From NCBI GenBank assembly GCA_029953675.1, contig JAMWBK010000002.1:3038001-3102000 (forward strand): a stretch of DNA of 64,000 nt. Direction: 5' to 3'. Positions 35,292 through 48,224 of this stretch are shown in pieces. The translations under genes and the position numbers were made by a program. The DNA comes from Rhodosorus marinus CCMP1338. Its lineage: Eukaryota; Plantae; Rhodophyta. Every line of letters begins with the position of its first letter. The first letter of the stretch is position 1. The notes beneath the pieces were generated by a model. It did no database searches. It was not told where the DNA came from and saw only the letters and a list, made by a program, of their open reading frames with translations.

Positions 35292-35710
35292 TTGTCTGAT
35301 CGAGAAGATCATTCATGGGATCGGACAAAGAAAGAGTGAAATCGGTTTCTCGCATAGGTTGCTGTCGAATCATATGCTGCTTGCATGGCACGATGGAATT
35401 TTCCGTGTGGAAGCGGGGAGTTCGCAAGTTGGCGCGAGCTTTTCGTAGGAGTTTCGATGCAGCCTTGCAGAGTGGATGGATCCGGTTCGTTTTGCGTTTC
35501 AGCATGTTTGTTACGATTGTTCTGGCATTTGCGGAACAGTAGGTGGTTGGGTTTTCTTTGCAATTCCGCAAAATCGATGCGTGTTTGTTCGTCGGCGTCA
35601 TAGGCGTACTTCAGTTTGTCACTTTTAACCAGAAAAATAACTCTTCAGAACTCTATAATAACAACATTCGCCCCTGAAGATCAAGTTAGTTGGCAGTCGA
35701 ACCCTAGGGC

Positions 35711-37374
35711 TCAACGACGAACTGTCTCCCATTCCCGGTCCTTGTCGTGTTCCTGGTGGTCGCCGTTGGCGTTTGTCACCTCCGTCCGGGCTGCTTCTTC
35801 TTTTAGGGGCTCCGCTGCACCGTTTCTGCCCTCACCCAGGGACTCACGCGAACCCTGAGTGCTCATAGACGCGTTGGAGCGAGGGGGGGTGTCCTTATCG
35901 CCCCCTTGCTTAAGGATAACCGTATGCCTTGGGTTTCTTTCTCTTCTACGGTTCCCTTCATCTTTCCTACTTCCCGATCTGGCAAGGCTCTTCGGTACTG
36001 CCATCCCGCGGACTCCCCATTCTATGTCTTTCACCTGCGGGTCTTCTGCGTTCGCTTTCGACTCTACCTCTTGTCTGACCTCGGTTCTCCTGGGTTCAGT
36101 TGATCTCTTGGGTTTCGCCTCAATAGGTCCGCGTCTGCTCCAGTCGATATCTTTGCTCTGCTCCTCGTTTTCCTTGTTCTTTTCGACAGGTCTGGCCTCA
36201 ATCGGGCCTAATCTGACGAATTCAGTCTCCTCCTTCGACCCCAACTTCGCCTCAGGTCTGGCTTCCAACGGTCCTATCCTCACAAACTCGGCTTCTGCTC
36301 CCTTCTCGGGTTCTGGTGCAGGTCGTGGAGGTAATGGACCTTGCCTAACAAAATCTACCTCTTCACCACGAGGCGCACCAAACCCACCCCCAGGTTCTCT
36401 TCCCCTCAGACCCTCATTTTGAACAGGTGGTGCTTCCTTTCCTCGAGACCAGTCTGTCTCGCCGACCACAGGCCCAGTCTCAGCCACTGGTGCAGCGACT
36501 CCTCTTTGCACGTTATCCCAGTTCTTGGAGTCTTGTCCTACCTCAGCTGGGCCAGTTTGGGGATTTGGCTGAATAGGGCCCATACGACTGTTCCAGTCAA
36601 TTTCTTTCTCGGCCATCATTCCATCGCTTGCATTGACGGGTTCCGTCCTCAAACCCAACCTCCAATTACCCTCCTCTTCAGGCCCTCTGGAGCCACCACC
36701 AAACCCGCGACCGCCATCTGGGTCCCCGCTTACGGGGCCGTGTCGTTCCCCCCAGTTGATATCGCCTAGTTTCAAGAAAGTTTAAGCTCAGCCCAGTTTC
36801 GAGCGCCGCACTTTAGCTAATAAATGCCGCTATTCGAGCTTACCAGATCCGGACCCGAAACCCGCACCTCCGCCCCGGTTAAAGCCACCACCGGCGGCAG
36901 CAATAGGTCCTGTCCTCTCCCAGCTCGGTTCTGGTCCATCTCCTTCGAAATTTCGGTCTCTATCGAAATGCTCACGTTTCACATACGCGCCCCTCACGAA
37001 CGGAACTTCCTCCTCGTCTGAATCTCGCCTACGAAAACATCAACAATCAGACAGGAACTGATGGTCAGTATGGTGCTCAGGTACGGTAAGCGGAGGCCAA
37101 GACCGAGCTCTCCTTCAATTTTAAGGGACACCGTGAACTTTGTAGCAAGTCAAACTCTCGCCAACCGCGTTCGGAAAACAAAAGAATATTTCTATCCATA
37201 TTCGCACAAACTTCCCCAAACAAAACAGCATCAAACGCAAAAAAAAAGTCGTAAAACCTACTCCCTTGGTGCAGTAGGCAAATTCGCCAGCCTCGGATCC
37301 TCTGCAACCTCGGCACCACCCCAGAAGTCCTGCAGCGGCACGGCCTGGACCTTCTTGCGCTGTTTCTTCCCCAT
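35711..37374 (-). CDS. eIF4B-like translation factor (low complexity, repeated DWxRxGP motifs; multi-exon)
   Basis: N-terminus MGKKQRKKVQAVPLQDF...LANLPTAPRE. About 10 repeats such as SWERTGPI, DINWGERHGP, EIDWNSRMGP, DFVRQGPLP and DIDWSRRGPIE. Confidence 0.6.
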
Positions 37375-39902
37375 CTTTGATCAAGCCAAGGCTGAACTTC
37401 TTACGACCCCCTTTTCCACAGTCTCTCCTCCAAACTCTCAAAAATCAAAAAAATCGCGCACTGACCAAACACCGTAAACAAGAAAACAAACTACATTAAC
37501 AACATGTCCTACTCCTCTCCCATCCTCCTCCTCCTGCCACCCCCCACCCCATATTCTGCACCTATTATATAGAATCAACGTACCTTATGAGCCTCAATTG
37601 CTGCTTGATAGGGACTACACAAAGGGGTAATTTTCGGGTAGTAATGATCAAAAGCAGTGGTAAAGTTGCTTCAGAGCTCACTATTAGCCCGAAATATACA
37701 ATCTTAACTACGTCCACCTCCCTTCAAAACTCTCCATCCTTCACACCCCCTTCATCGATCCCCACAGCCCCCCCTACGCAAAAAAAAAAAAAAAAAAGAG
37801 CACCGTTTCCACCGTGCTTTCGAAAAACCTCATAAAAAGGAACAAAAATTTCATAAAACCAAAATTTCCTATACCACTGAGAAAAATGCTTCATTTTTCA
37901 TCGAGTCCTATAAAAACATACGCAAAACGAAAACAAAAAGGTCCAGTGTGGAGTCATCCGCACCGTCCAAGACATGTACTTCTATTTATTTCCTCCCCCC
38001 CCTTCTACAAATCGAGAACAAAAACATATTCAAGACTATCTAAATAAAAACACCGATTCCGAAAATATTCGGAAGGAAGTTTTCTACCCTATACAACTTC
38101 AACTAAATGTTTTCACTACCGATATTTGGACAGCTTGTCCCCGGTAATTAGTTAAGTGATTCAAGGATGGAGCAAAGATATTTTCATTATAGTGTTCAGG
38201 TCTCTATGGGACAGAACGAGTGGCCAAGGAAAAAATTGCAAAACCGAATGGGGGGGAAAATTCTCGTACAAATATTTCCTTTTTACTTGAAATCGTGTTC
38301 TTGAGAGGATATTTAACGTCTATTGTTAAAACGTACTCACAGGGTGAAATTATTGGTAAGAATAGTAGTGATGGCGGCTTTTCATATGGACAGACGTTGC
38401 TACGGCGGTGGACTCGAAAATTGCTGTTTAGGTGACATTATAAACTTATTAAATACACATTAATTATATATAGAGATTGTTAATCTTGACTAGGAGGAGG
38501 TATTATTAATTATTTACAAACTCTACTTTGATAACCAGGAAAAGTTGCTAAAGGGAGTCAACACGTGTCGATTCAACTTTGGATAGAAAGAAATCCGGTG
38601 AGGCTTTTCCTGGTTATTATTGGAGTTTATTTCAATCTATTTTATTTTTGAAAACCTTATTTTTCATCATTATTGTGTATGTTTTTGCACGGTATGGTTT
38701 TCCTTGGGGAGTTCGTGTTTTTGGACAATACCCTCCTCTTATTTGATTTATTTGTATATTATAACATAAATTTGAAACGGACCTTCAGCGTTGTCCTTAG
38801 CAGGGGGGGGTAAAAATCTGTTTCCCTTCTGATAGGTTAGGTTCTCGTTGCAAACTTGGCGAATATTTATTGGATTACGTATTTCCTGCTGGAATGAAAA
38901 ATACTATATATTGATCTTTTGAGGACGAAACTCATTCCACGCAACCATTGAGCGCTCGAGTATATGTATTTTTATTTCTAATTCAATATTTTGAAGGTTT
39001 TCGAAAATGTCCCAGTCGGTTCGTTTACGGAGGGCGCGAGGGACATTTCTGTATTGTGGATGGTGTTTTCTGGGGTTGATGGAGCAAAAGCGCGTCATAT
39101 TAAGTGCAGGGTTGCGGCACAGAGGGAGTGCAGAAAGGGCACCCATCGCTCAGACCGAAATCTGCGTTGAAGCGAACAAGGCGTCGCTCCTGTGACCGAC
39201 TGCTTCTATGTCGCTTGCGGTTGCTGTTGCGCCAATCTGCTACTGGCAAACTCCCGGGCGGAGGAGGCCGAGAATCAACTTCCCACGCTTCACGACCAGA
39301 TTGGAGCTTCGGTCATCAATCAAATTGTTTCAGCACGTGATATGTGAACCGTATTTTCGCGGGTCACTTGGGCCCAAGGTTTTGACCGGTGGGCCACAAG
39401 TCCCTTACCTTGAGCATACGATTATAACGTATCGTTTTTAAGTAGAACGAAATTTGCATCAGAAAACTCAATGGAGCAACATATGCGTGCCTGTCCCATC
39501 CACAATGAACCCGATATGCTCTTTTCTCGACAACAAGACCAGAACAAGAAAGGCGGCCTTGGTTGACGGAAATCCGAACCCACTACCAACATGCTTACAG
39601 GTACAACTGTAATTCTAAAACCTTGTCGCGTATTATCCACGCGTAAGCCCCTCTCTATGTGCACCGGCTCGTGTTCTACAGGATTGACCATCCCAGGCCC
39701 CCCCAGTCCAAAGGCTGCCACAAAAAAAAATTCTCGCGGGCTTGCGCAGTGTAGGATGGCTGTCGATACGAACCGCAGGATATTGGTCTGAACCGAGATC
39801 TCCTGCCTTGGGTTCCCCGCACTCGCCAAAACTGGCAAAAACGTCAGAATGAAAACAGACGGCAACTGGTCGTCGCCACCCTTATCGATCCTCGCTACTC
39901 GA

Positions 39903-40630
39903 TCATGAGCTGGCCTCGGCTGAGCTGGTCTCTGCTGAAATGCTCTCCGTGGTATTCGATCTACCAAGCGATCTGAATATTCCTCTTTCTGGTTGGAACC
40001 CGGGAAGTGGCGCGGGTTCCGTAATGTGGGCAAGCCCTCCTAAGCCTCTCTTGTAGCTCTTGATTCTTGCCTTATTCTCAGCCCTTTTGATTTGCTGACT
40101 AGTCGTGAGTATGGAGGCTGGAGAGTCGACGAATTCCACAACTGCCATTTTCGTCCCATCGCGTCTCCTAGTTTGACGGGCATGAGTAGATTGCGAGTCA
40201 GCTAGTGATCTAAAAAATTGTCTGATCGCCAATGTTCGTACCTCCGGCCGGTCGGGAAGACGCGCGTATATCCTCCGTAACGATTCTCATATCGTTTCCA
40301 GAGGTGCCAAAACAGCTTCTTCGCAGCCTTCTCCGTATGCAATGACTGGCTTATGCGTTGGCGCGCGCTCAGAGATCGGTCCTACCAACAATTTCAATAA
40401 AAAGATGCGTCTATTAGGTCCTTCCTCCCCCGAAAGACAAGAGGTTCTCCATCATTGGGCCTCACCTTCGCCAGCGTTACCAACCTGTCAACCAGTCTTG
40501 ATGCCATTTGTGCCCTCCTAAAATGTGTTTCTATGCACTCATGAAGAATGAGCTCTGTGCAAAGACTTTTGAACATTTTCGCTTTCCTCTTCACACCACC
40601 GAACTTCCATCTCCTCTGAGTCAACTTCAT
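39903..40630 (-). CDS. rplQ: Organellar (probably mitochondrial) ribosomal protein bL17 with C-terminal extension (3 exons)
   Basis: KSLCTELILHECIETHFRRAQMASRLVDRLVTLAK|...KKLFWHLWKRYENRYGGYTRV...RRDGTKMAVVEFVD. Confidence 0.88.
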
Positions 40631-42266
40631 CTCCTCCCAATCAAGCTAAAACCAATCACGCGAGTCAAGGTCACCACCCAAAGCAACGACAACCAAACTC
40701 GTTTCAGGCCAAGGCAGTCCGCGCGACTTCTTGTATAGATATATTCTCAATACTAGGTACCAATAGCACAAGCCGCGTTCAACCTGTCACCCCCAGGACC
40801 CAATTCAACACTGTACGTCTGCAAGCCGTATAGAAAAATGTTCACTCGTTCCGGACAAGGAGAAGAGCAAGGCACGTTCTCAAACCATTCGTCCTTCCAC
40901 ACAGAAGCTCCTAGTCATCATCCAAAGACAAATCAACCAAGAACAAAAAAGAAAGTCCCACGACGTCTGAGAAATAGATCTTGTGGATGATGACAATGGA
41001 AAACCTGATCTCTACTCCGCTCACAGAGCTAAAACCGCTCAAGAACAACAAACCCTTCGCAATCGTCCAAAGACAATGTCGAGAAGAGCTAACTCTTTAA
41101 CAGCACAAACCAACCTCTTGCCCACCGATCTCTCAGCAAAAGGCTGCCTCCCCGAACCAATCCAACCTTAAGATGTATTCAGTAGGTACTTCAAGCCCTA
41201 ACATGAACTGCTCGTACTCTCCCAGATGAAGAAGACGAAAATCAGATCTGGAAGTGTGTCCGAACTTCATTGTCGCTGTCAAGAATCTTCGCAAAAATGC
41301 TCCATGAGAAAGGTTCACGTATGTATGAGGTGAAGGATCGAGGATCAAGAAGAGGATAGCCATGGATCTCACCAACAGGGCTGATGATCGGATTGGTTCC
41401 TGACTTTTTGTTGTCCGTACCCGTAGTAGATTTAGAGCTCAAGTTACGGCCTGTGGTGCGACAGCAGGTGCCTTTGCATAAGCGTCGTCCGGATTTGTAT
41501 TAGTAGAATCGGACAAAGCCTCGCGTCGAGTCCTGGTTTTGGTGGGGGACGTCGCACTAGATTTTGTGATGTGTCATCAAGAGAGGCGATTGGGCTATTG
41601 GACCGATTCGCTCATCGAGCAGAGGTGATTTCGGCGACTACGTGTTAAGAACAATGCAGATTCCTTCCCTTGTCGTTATGGATCAGTTTCGAGAGTTGAG
41701 TAAGAGTTCGACCAAGCTGACGAGGTACAGGAAGCTGTTGCTGGAATGTCGCAGCAGATGAGCTCATAACGCGCCTACAAGGACGCAAGCTGTGTGCAAA
41801 AAGGAGTTCATGTCGCGTGGTTCGCAATTTAGGAAGCTTTTCGGTTTCTTAAAACGATCTGAATCATCTTGCTCCACCTCAAACCAATCCACGAATGAGA
41901 ACGTCTCATTTCGTTCTCGTCGCGCAGCGGGTTGTCCTGCCTGATCAGATTAAGGAGTTCATTCCTACATTTACACTCCTCGCCAACTGCTTCATTGGAA
42001 CAGTACCATCTAGCTACTTGGGGAGGCAGTCCGCGGTGCAGCGTTCAAAAACTTTTCAATTGGCGGGGGTGCTAGGCTGGAACCCCATTGTCTCGGAACA
42101 GTAGACAGTCCACAGGTTCTTCTTCAGGAGAACGAGGCAGTTCTCTTGCTGCTTAAGCTGCGATTTGAGCCGCCAAGCAGTAGCCCTTGACATAAGCGGA
42201 TGAGCGCTAGTGCGGTTCCTTCCTCCGATTCCCTTGCAGCACGTTTCTTCCTTCACAGCTTCTGGT

Positions 42267-43477
42267 TCAAGTTGCCTTCTTCTTAGCTTGGTCCTTCTTA
42301 AACTTCTTTCTAGCTTCTTCCTCCCAAGCTTCCGCTTGCTCCCAGACCTCCTTCAACGACAGGTTCGCGACAATGAGATTCCGGTTGGCGTTGGAGATGT
42401 CCTCCGTAACGGTTTTGCCGTCCGCGTCAAGGGCAGGATATCGATTGGACTCCTTCCCAATCTTGAAGACAACGTAACTGGGAAGTTGTGAGGATGTACC
42501 ACCAACATTGATTTTATGCTTCTCAGCAAGATCCGGCCAAAGACCCGCATCAACCTTCCCAAACTTGATACGCACATGATCATACTCTTGCGCAATGGAA
42601 GCGAACAAGGGCGCAAGCTGCGTGCAAAGAGGAGACCAGGTCGCGTGGAACTGAACCACCCAGAAGCCCTTGTAATCGTTGTTGGCAATTTTTTCTGCGA
42701 CAGCGAAAGAGAAGAGCAGAGTATCAGAGAGATTGCCGGTCCACTTTCGCACCTTCATTAAAGAAACACGTTAATAGCTTACGATCGAAATTGCCGCGGT
42801 TGAGTACTTGAACTATCTTTGGATCTTTTGCGCGGGGTTGTGGGAACAAAGTGAAGATTGCTACTCTCAACGTCAGGAACAAACGCAAGGCTTTTCAGTG
42901 GACGATCGTCACATTTGAATTGTTGTGACAGCAGAGGTTAGCTCATACCTATCCAAATGCCCGCAAAGACGATGGGCAGTGACTTGCTCATATAATAGGC
43001 TATCACAAGCATCGCAACCTTGGTGAACTTGAAGGTATGTGAAATGATTGCGTCCTAGGAATACCGAGAATGTAAAATGAGCGCATGCTGGTTCAGAAAA
43101 CGGCGAAAGCAGGTGTCAAAGAAACAAGACTGGCTCCCCATACCGGCGTCGGAGATGAGAAAAGCCTGACCACGATGACCATTCCTAAAGATAACCATAT
43201 TGTGAACTCCTATTCGAAGAGCAAATCCCAAAACGCCATTTTAGCGCACGCCGTGTAGATGCATGGGGGAGCATAGATCCAATCGCTGCGAGAGAAAACA
43301 CGCGTCAGGAACTCCTTGGAGTTATATGCATACCCTTGTATACCCTAAAACGTCGAGGACCAACAAATCTGTCGGTGGGTATTTCAACCTCAGCCCAAAG
43401 AACGCCATGAACGTCAGCACCTGCAGCAAATAGTGTGCAGCCAGAAACCTCGAATTCACAACATTTGATACTTTCAT
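42267..43477 (-). CDS. TMX2: Thioredoxin-related transmembrane protein 2 homolog (multi-exon)
   Basis: WVVQFHATWSPLCTQLAPLFA (SxxC), KFGKVDAG, SQLPSYVVF, basic C-terminus KKFKKDQAKKKAT, hydrophobic N-terminal exons. Confidence 0.85.
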
Positions 43478-44313
43478 CCTGTTCTTCAAATTCACAAAAT
43501 CAAAATCCGGAACCAAAAATTCATTAATCACAGCCAAAAAAAAAAAAGAAACCTAAAAACCACAGTCGAATCTATGTGAAAAAAACGACATTCTGAGCAA
43601 GCTCCTCTTTCAGTCTTCTTCATCACCAACGCGTCCATTCATTCCAAACCTATTACAACGCCCAAACCAAATCCATTATAATTAATCATAAAAATCAATA
43701 AACAATTAGCCATTCATATTACGATAATAAATCCTCTAAAGGTACATTTATTACGTACTTTCATATCAACAAATTAATTTTAAATCTTATATGAAACCGT
43801 CTATTATGATATTTCAATAATAATTGACAGTATAGTCTTAAATTATCTATTTATACAATTTTGTGGATAGATTTGTAGAATTTTACAAGTACTCTAAAAG
43901 TAAATTCTTTATTTTGAACCATTATATCTTGTTTAGTAGATATTTTATGTTCGGAATTGCATTGAGATAGGAATACTTCTTAATTATTACTTAATAGTTG
44001 AGTCTTTAGAATTGAATTTTATAATTTCTTTTGATGTATATGATGAAAGTGTCCTTTTTGGAAGGTTTTTGTAGGGTGGGGAGGAAGAGAAAGGTCAGAT
44101 GGGGACTCGAGGAAGGTGAGCATTGTAATGGAGATGAAGCTAGTTGTTGATATATCAAACGATTTACAAGCTTTTGTATTGAAACGTTTATGCTTTTCGT
44201 ATAATTTGTTGAGGAGTTGGAGTGAGTTCGATTTGTTACTTTGTTTTTTTTTGTGGCAGGTCGGCCCGGCTGTGGGGTTGAGCTTCCGAGGAACAAGCGT
44301 TTTTGAGGGGAGT

Positions 44314-44757
44314 ATGGAAGGGTTTATTGGAGTAGTAGGAGGGAGTAGAGGTCCAAGTTTGGGAAGGACGAGAGTTAGTTGTAATGCTCTTGAGGTTAAG
44401 AAGGCCCTACTGCTGGTTGATCACGGTAGTAGGCGCGCAGCTGCGAATGATATGCTTAATGATGTGAAGGAGATGATCGTCGGCATGAATCCCGAGGTGG
44501 ACATTGTGGAAGCTGCCCATATGGAGCTCGCAGATCCTAACATTTCGATGGGTATAGAAACCTGCGTTGAGAAAGGAGCAGAGGAGATTATCGTTGTACC
44601 TTACTTTCTCTCTCCAGGACGTCATTCTGCAAAAGATATCCCGGAGATGGTAGATGAGGCCTCATCTGGCCATCCCAATGTGAAAATATCTGTCGCTGAA
44701 CCTCTTGGAGTCCATTCCAAGATCGGAGAAGTTATCCTAGAACGTGCTGGATTGTAA
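44314..44757 (+). CDS. sirB: Sirohydrochlorin ferrochelatase (CbiX/SirB), plastid-targeted
   Basis: LLVDHGSRR, AHMELADP, VVPYFLSPGRH, AEPLGVH; short transit-like MEGFIGVVGG. Confidence 0.92.
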   Translation: MEGFIGVVGGSRGPSLGRTRVSCNALEVKKALLLVDHGSRRAAANDMLNDVKEMIVGMNPEVDIVEAAHMELADPNISMGIETCVEKGAEEIIVVPYFLSPGRHSAKDIPEMVDEASSGHPNVKISVAEPLGVHSKIGEVILERAGL

Positions 44758-45190
44758 CTCCTCCGCCCGCGTAAAATCCTCATTCGCAATTAAGCCCTGG
44801 ACGGATCCCTCGCTTTTCCCAATGAAAAAAGTTATACACTTACTCGCGTCTACACAAAATCGCGTCCAAATGGAACTTGTAGTTTATCAATTAGAAAATT
44901 TCGCAACCATTATTAAACTAAAACGATCATAGAATGATCCAGAATGGGGACTTGGACAAACACCAGTCCATGTGACATCTAATTTGACACATCTCGAAGC
45001 GGTCCTGCTCCACTGCTCCCCCTCGGACGAAAGAAAATGACTTACTAGGTTCACCATCTATAGCGTTAAACAACCCTTCTCCTCACCCGGTTGGGATGCT
45101 TGACGATCTCAAGCTCCTCCCTTCAAAGACAATCTCTAGCACACGCGAACGTGCTCACAAATGTCAGGGCTCTTGATGCTTGTCGACGTC

Positions 45191-47587
45191 TCACCATTCC
45201 ACGAGGGACAGCACGCAGATGACCTTGATCAGTTTCCGGACCAGTGCGGTCAACAGGAAGAACGAGTGGACGCGATGGAGCGCGTCGTCATCCCAGACTT
45301 TTGCACAAGCATCTTGCAATTGACAACCCGCTCCGATCATTGGCGCCTGTCCATCCGATCCGAGTTTGCTCGATCATTGATATAGGCATATCCCATATCC
45401 CTCACGTTCCAATCTCCAACCAACAGTTGAACGAGTTGCTCTGCAGTGCAGTACCACACTTTCATGGCCTGTGTCCTCGGGCTCTGTTGAAGCTGGACCT
45501 CGCTTGGGGGGTCGTTTAGTCTGGGGTCACAGTCAACGTACTCGGTTGATTCGAACTCCTTCTGTTGGTTGCGGACTGTTTTCCTTCTCAAGTCTCTCTC
45601 CATGAGCTCTGAAACGCATCAGCAGTAACCTCATTGCCTCATCGCTTTCGAATTCGTCAGCCAAGGAGTTGTCCGCCGGCTGATACGAGAGCCTCTCGGT
45701 GGTGAGGGGTTCAGGAGCTTCTCGCGGTGTTCGACGAATACTCTCCTCAGGATCGGCTCTCGACTGCACGCTGCAACCACGTCTATTGGTAAAAGTGTCC
45801 TCCCTCCCCACGCCATCGCAACCCTCCTCGATCAAACTTGTCGGCACTCGCTTGTCTGCAATTGGGGTACCGAGCAGGTAAGGCTCGGCAATTTCCTGCT
45901 CAGAAACATAGCGGAAACAAAGCGGAAACATTGCGAAGAACATGCACAATCGTCAGTATCTGGCAGCCCCAGGATGAAATGGAGACGAAGAGGGCTTTTG
46001 AAAAGTCTTACCTCCTCCGCAGCTGGCTCATATTTGCTGCATCGGCCCACCGCAGCAATAGCAGCAGCTACGGAGCCGGTTCCTTCACCACCCAAAGCGC
46101 CCTTATGAGGCTCACCAACAGTCATTTGAGCGTCCTCGTGCGGTTCTTTTCCACCTCTAAGCGCACTTCCGTTCACGAGCACGGCTTGCGCCTGTGAAGC
46201 GTCCAAATCGAGGTCCGGTGTAGGTGCCGAGAGTACAACTCCATTGGGACTTGATTGGATTCTCCCAAGCACTGACTGGATGTTCCCGTTAGAGGCTTCC
46301 AGGGCCAGCGCAAGCTGTGCAATAGGAGCCAATGGAGCAGCTTCCTGCAGCGCAAATATTTCTTTCCGGTACTTGGAGATGAGATGCGTTGGTGCCATGA
46401 ACCTCTTCGGCGAGTCGAGCACGACAATTCGGGATTTGAGGGTGTGCCGTTCTCTGCCTTTGCGATATACGGTGTCCTTGAGTACCCTCACGACACAAGG
46501 ATCCTCGAATAGTGCTTTTGAAGGTGGTGGAAGGACCAATGGTTCGCACGGTGCTCTCGCGTGCCTTCTTAGGTGCAATAGCAGATGGATGCTAACGTCA
46601 TCTGCTTCCGATTGATAGGGGAACTCTCCTCCTCTCTGTCAGGTCAAAGGAAGCAAAACACAGGCTTAGCGCGAACTCGCTGTGATACCTCAAAAGAGCG
46701 GGTATTTTCATATTCTTGAAGGATTCACCTTAATGTGAGCGATTCTAGCCCCTTGAAACCGTCTAGTGACAGCTGCCTTGTTGCTGAGCAATGACCTTCG
46801 ATCCACGTTCAAGGGATCGATGAGCGTGATGTAGTCGTCTGGCACACGTATTCTAGTATTCAGCTTCTCCGGCGACGTGCAAAGTAGAAGCCTCCTTATG
46901 ATACACATTCTGCCGCGAGAAAACGTTCTGTTCAACGCAAACTCCGTGGCCAGGGCCTCTCTAACATTTCTTAAGCCACATGGACAATATTCGAGAAGCG
47001 CTTCGCGAACCATCTCAGGAGTTGAAACCCAGAGAAACGGTCTGTAGATAAGAAGTCTAGAGATTTGGGATAAATGTGGGTCGTTGGGTTAGTCCATCAG
47101 CAGATCCAGAGTTGACGAGAATCTTTCTTGACAAATACGGAGCTCAGGATACCTACCTCTTCTTGTATTCAGCCAAACTCAGGGTTGCGTGAGTCATAGC
47201 TATTGAGCTCACTCGCTCCGGAAACTTTGCTGCAAACACCAAACAAAACAGTGCGCCCAGCCCCGCGCCGTAGAGATGAACTCGTTTAGTTTTCAGGAAC
47301 CTCAGCAAGGCTTCAAAGGAGTAGACTAAATCTTCAAACGTCTCAACCTCTGGGAGGCTCACGGAAATCACTCTGTATCCCCGGGGAACCAGATACAGCA
47401 TTTGCCTGAAGAACACGTCTCCATCCCCAATCAAATCATGGACACATACAAGTGGCTCTAGATTCTCCCTCCTGCCCCAATCGTAATAGACCCATTTCTC
47501 AGGTGTCTTCCTACCAACCTTAACCTTCCTTCGCGGAACCCAAGCCCTGAAGTTCGAGTACTCCAATCCCTCTGCAAGGTCACCCAT
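45191..47587 (-). CDS. SPG21: Maspardin (SPG21/ACP33)-like alpha/beta-hydrolase with long C-terminal extension (multi-exon; 3' structure uncertain)
   Basis: EYSNFRAWVPRRKV, WVYYDWG, GDVFFRQML...GYRVISV, RVHLYGAGLG, GARIAHIK|..EFPY...DVSIHLLLHL parallel maspardin. Further in-strand exons continue to about 45191. Confidence 0.82.
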
Positions 47588-48224
47588 TCTTCCAACCTTC
47601 TGCGAAACTTCGGGAACCAAACCCGACACCGCGACCCACAAAAATTCTGAAGACTAAACCATCTTAGTTCATACTCTTTTTCCGACCACTACCCTCCTCC
47701 CCAAGTGCACTAACGAACGCCTTCTACATCCGTCCAAGCACTACAAGCACAGCTCCCCGCATCTTGTCTACGCAGCATCCAAATATCTTTCGGATGAAAA
47801 AACAAACCACTTCCAACAAACACACATTCCAAACGCTCAGAAAAATCTTCCTCGGCACGATGTTGGCGCCTCTGTCTCCCTCTTGTAGATCCCTAGTAAC
47901 TCACGCCCTGCGTCAGCTGCAAAACGGAGTCAATTCGTCTTTCTTCGAGACTTCCAACGAAGAAAACCTCCTCAGATGCAATTCACAACTTACCTTCCAA
48001 ACCGAATTTCAAACGACAACTAGACGGGGTTCAATCCTCCTCAGCAAGAAGTCTGAGACTGCATCTGTCTCCCTCCCTCCCTCCCTCCCTCACCAAGGTC
48101 CCCAGTAATGTATTGCAATCACTTCAAATCGGATCGTCTTCTTCCCGAACCATTTCAAAACATTAGGAACAGCTGTCCCATATCAAAAATCCATACCAAT
48201 CCGGCGCTCAAAAGGTCTTTCCCT

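Noticed and set aside
39422-40033. 203-aa minus-strand ORF overlapping the bL17 3' end
   Set aside because: It starts inside the bL17 last exon in another frame and has no recognisable motif.
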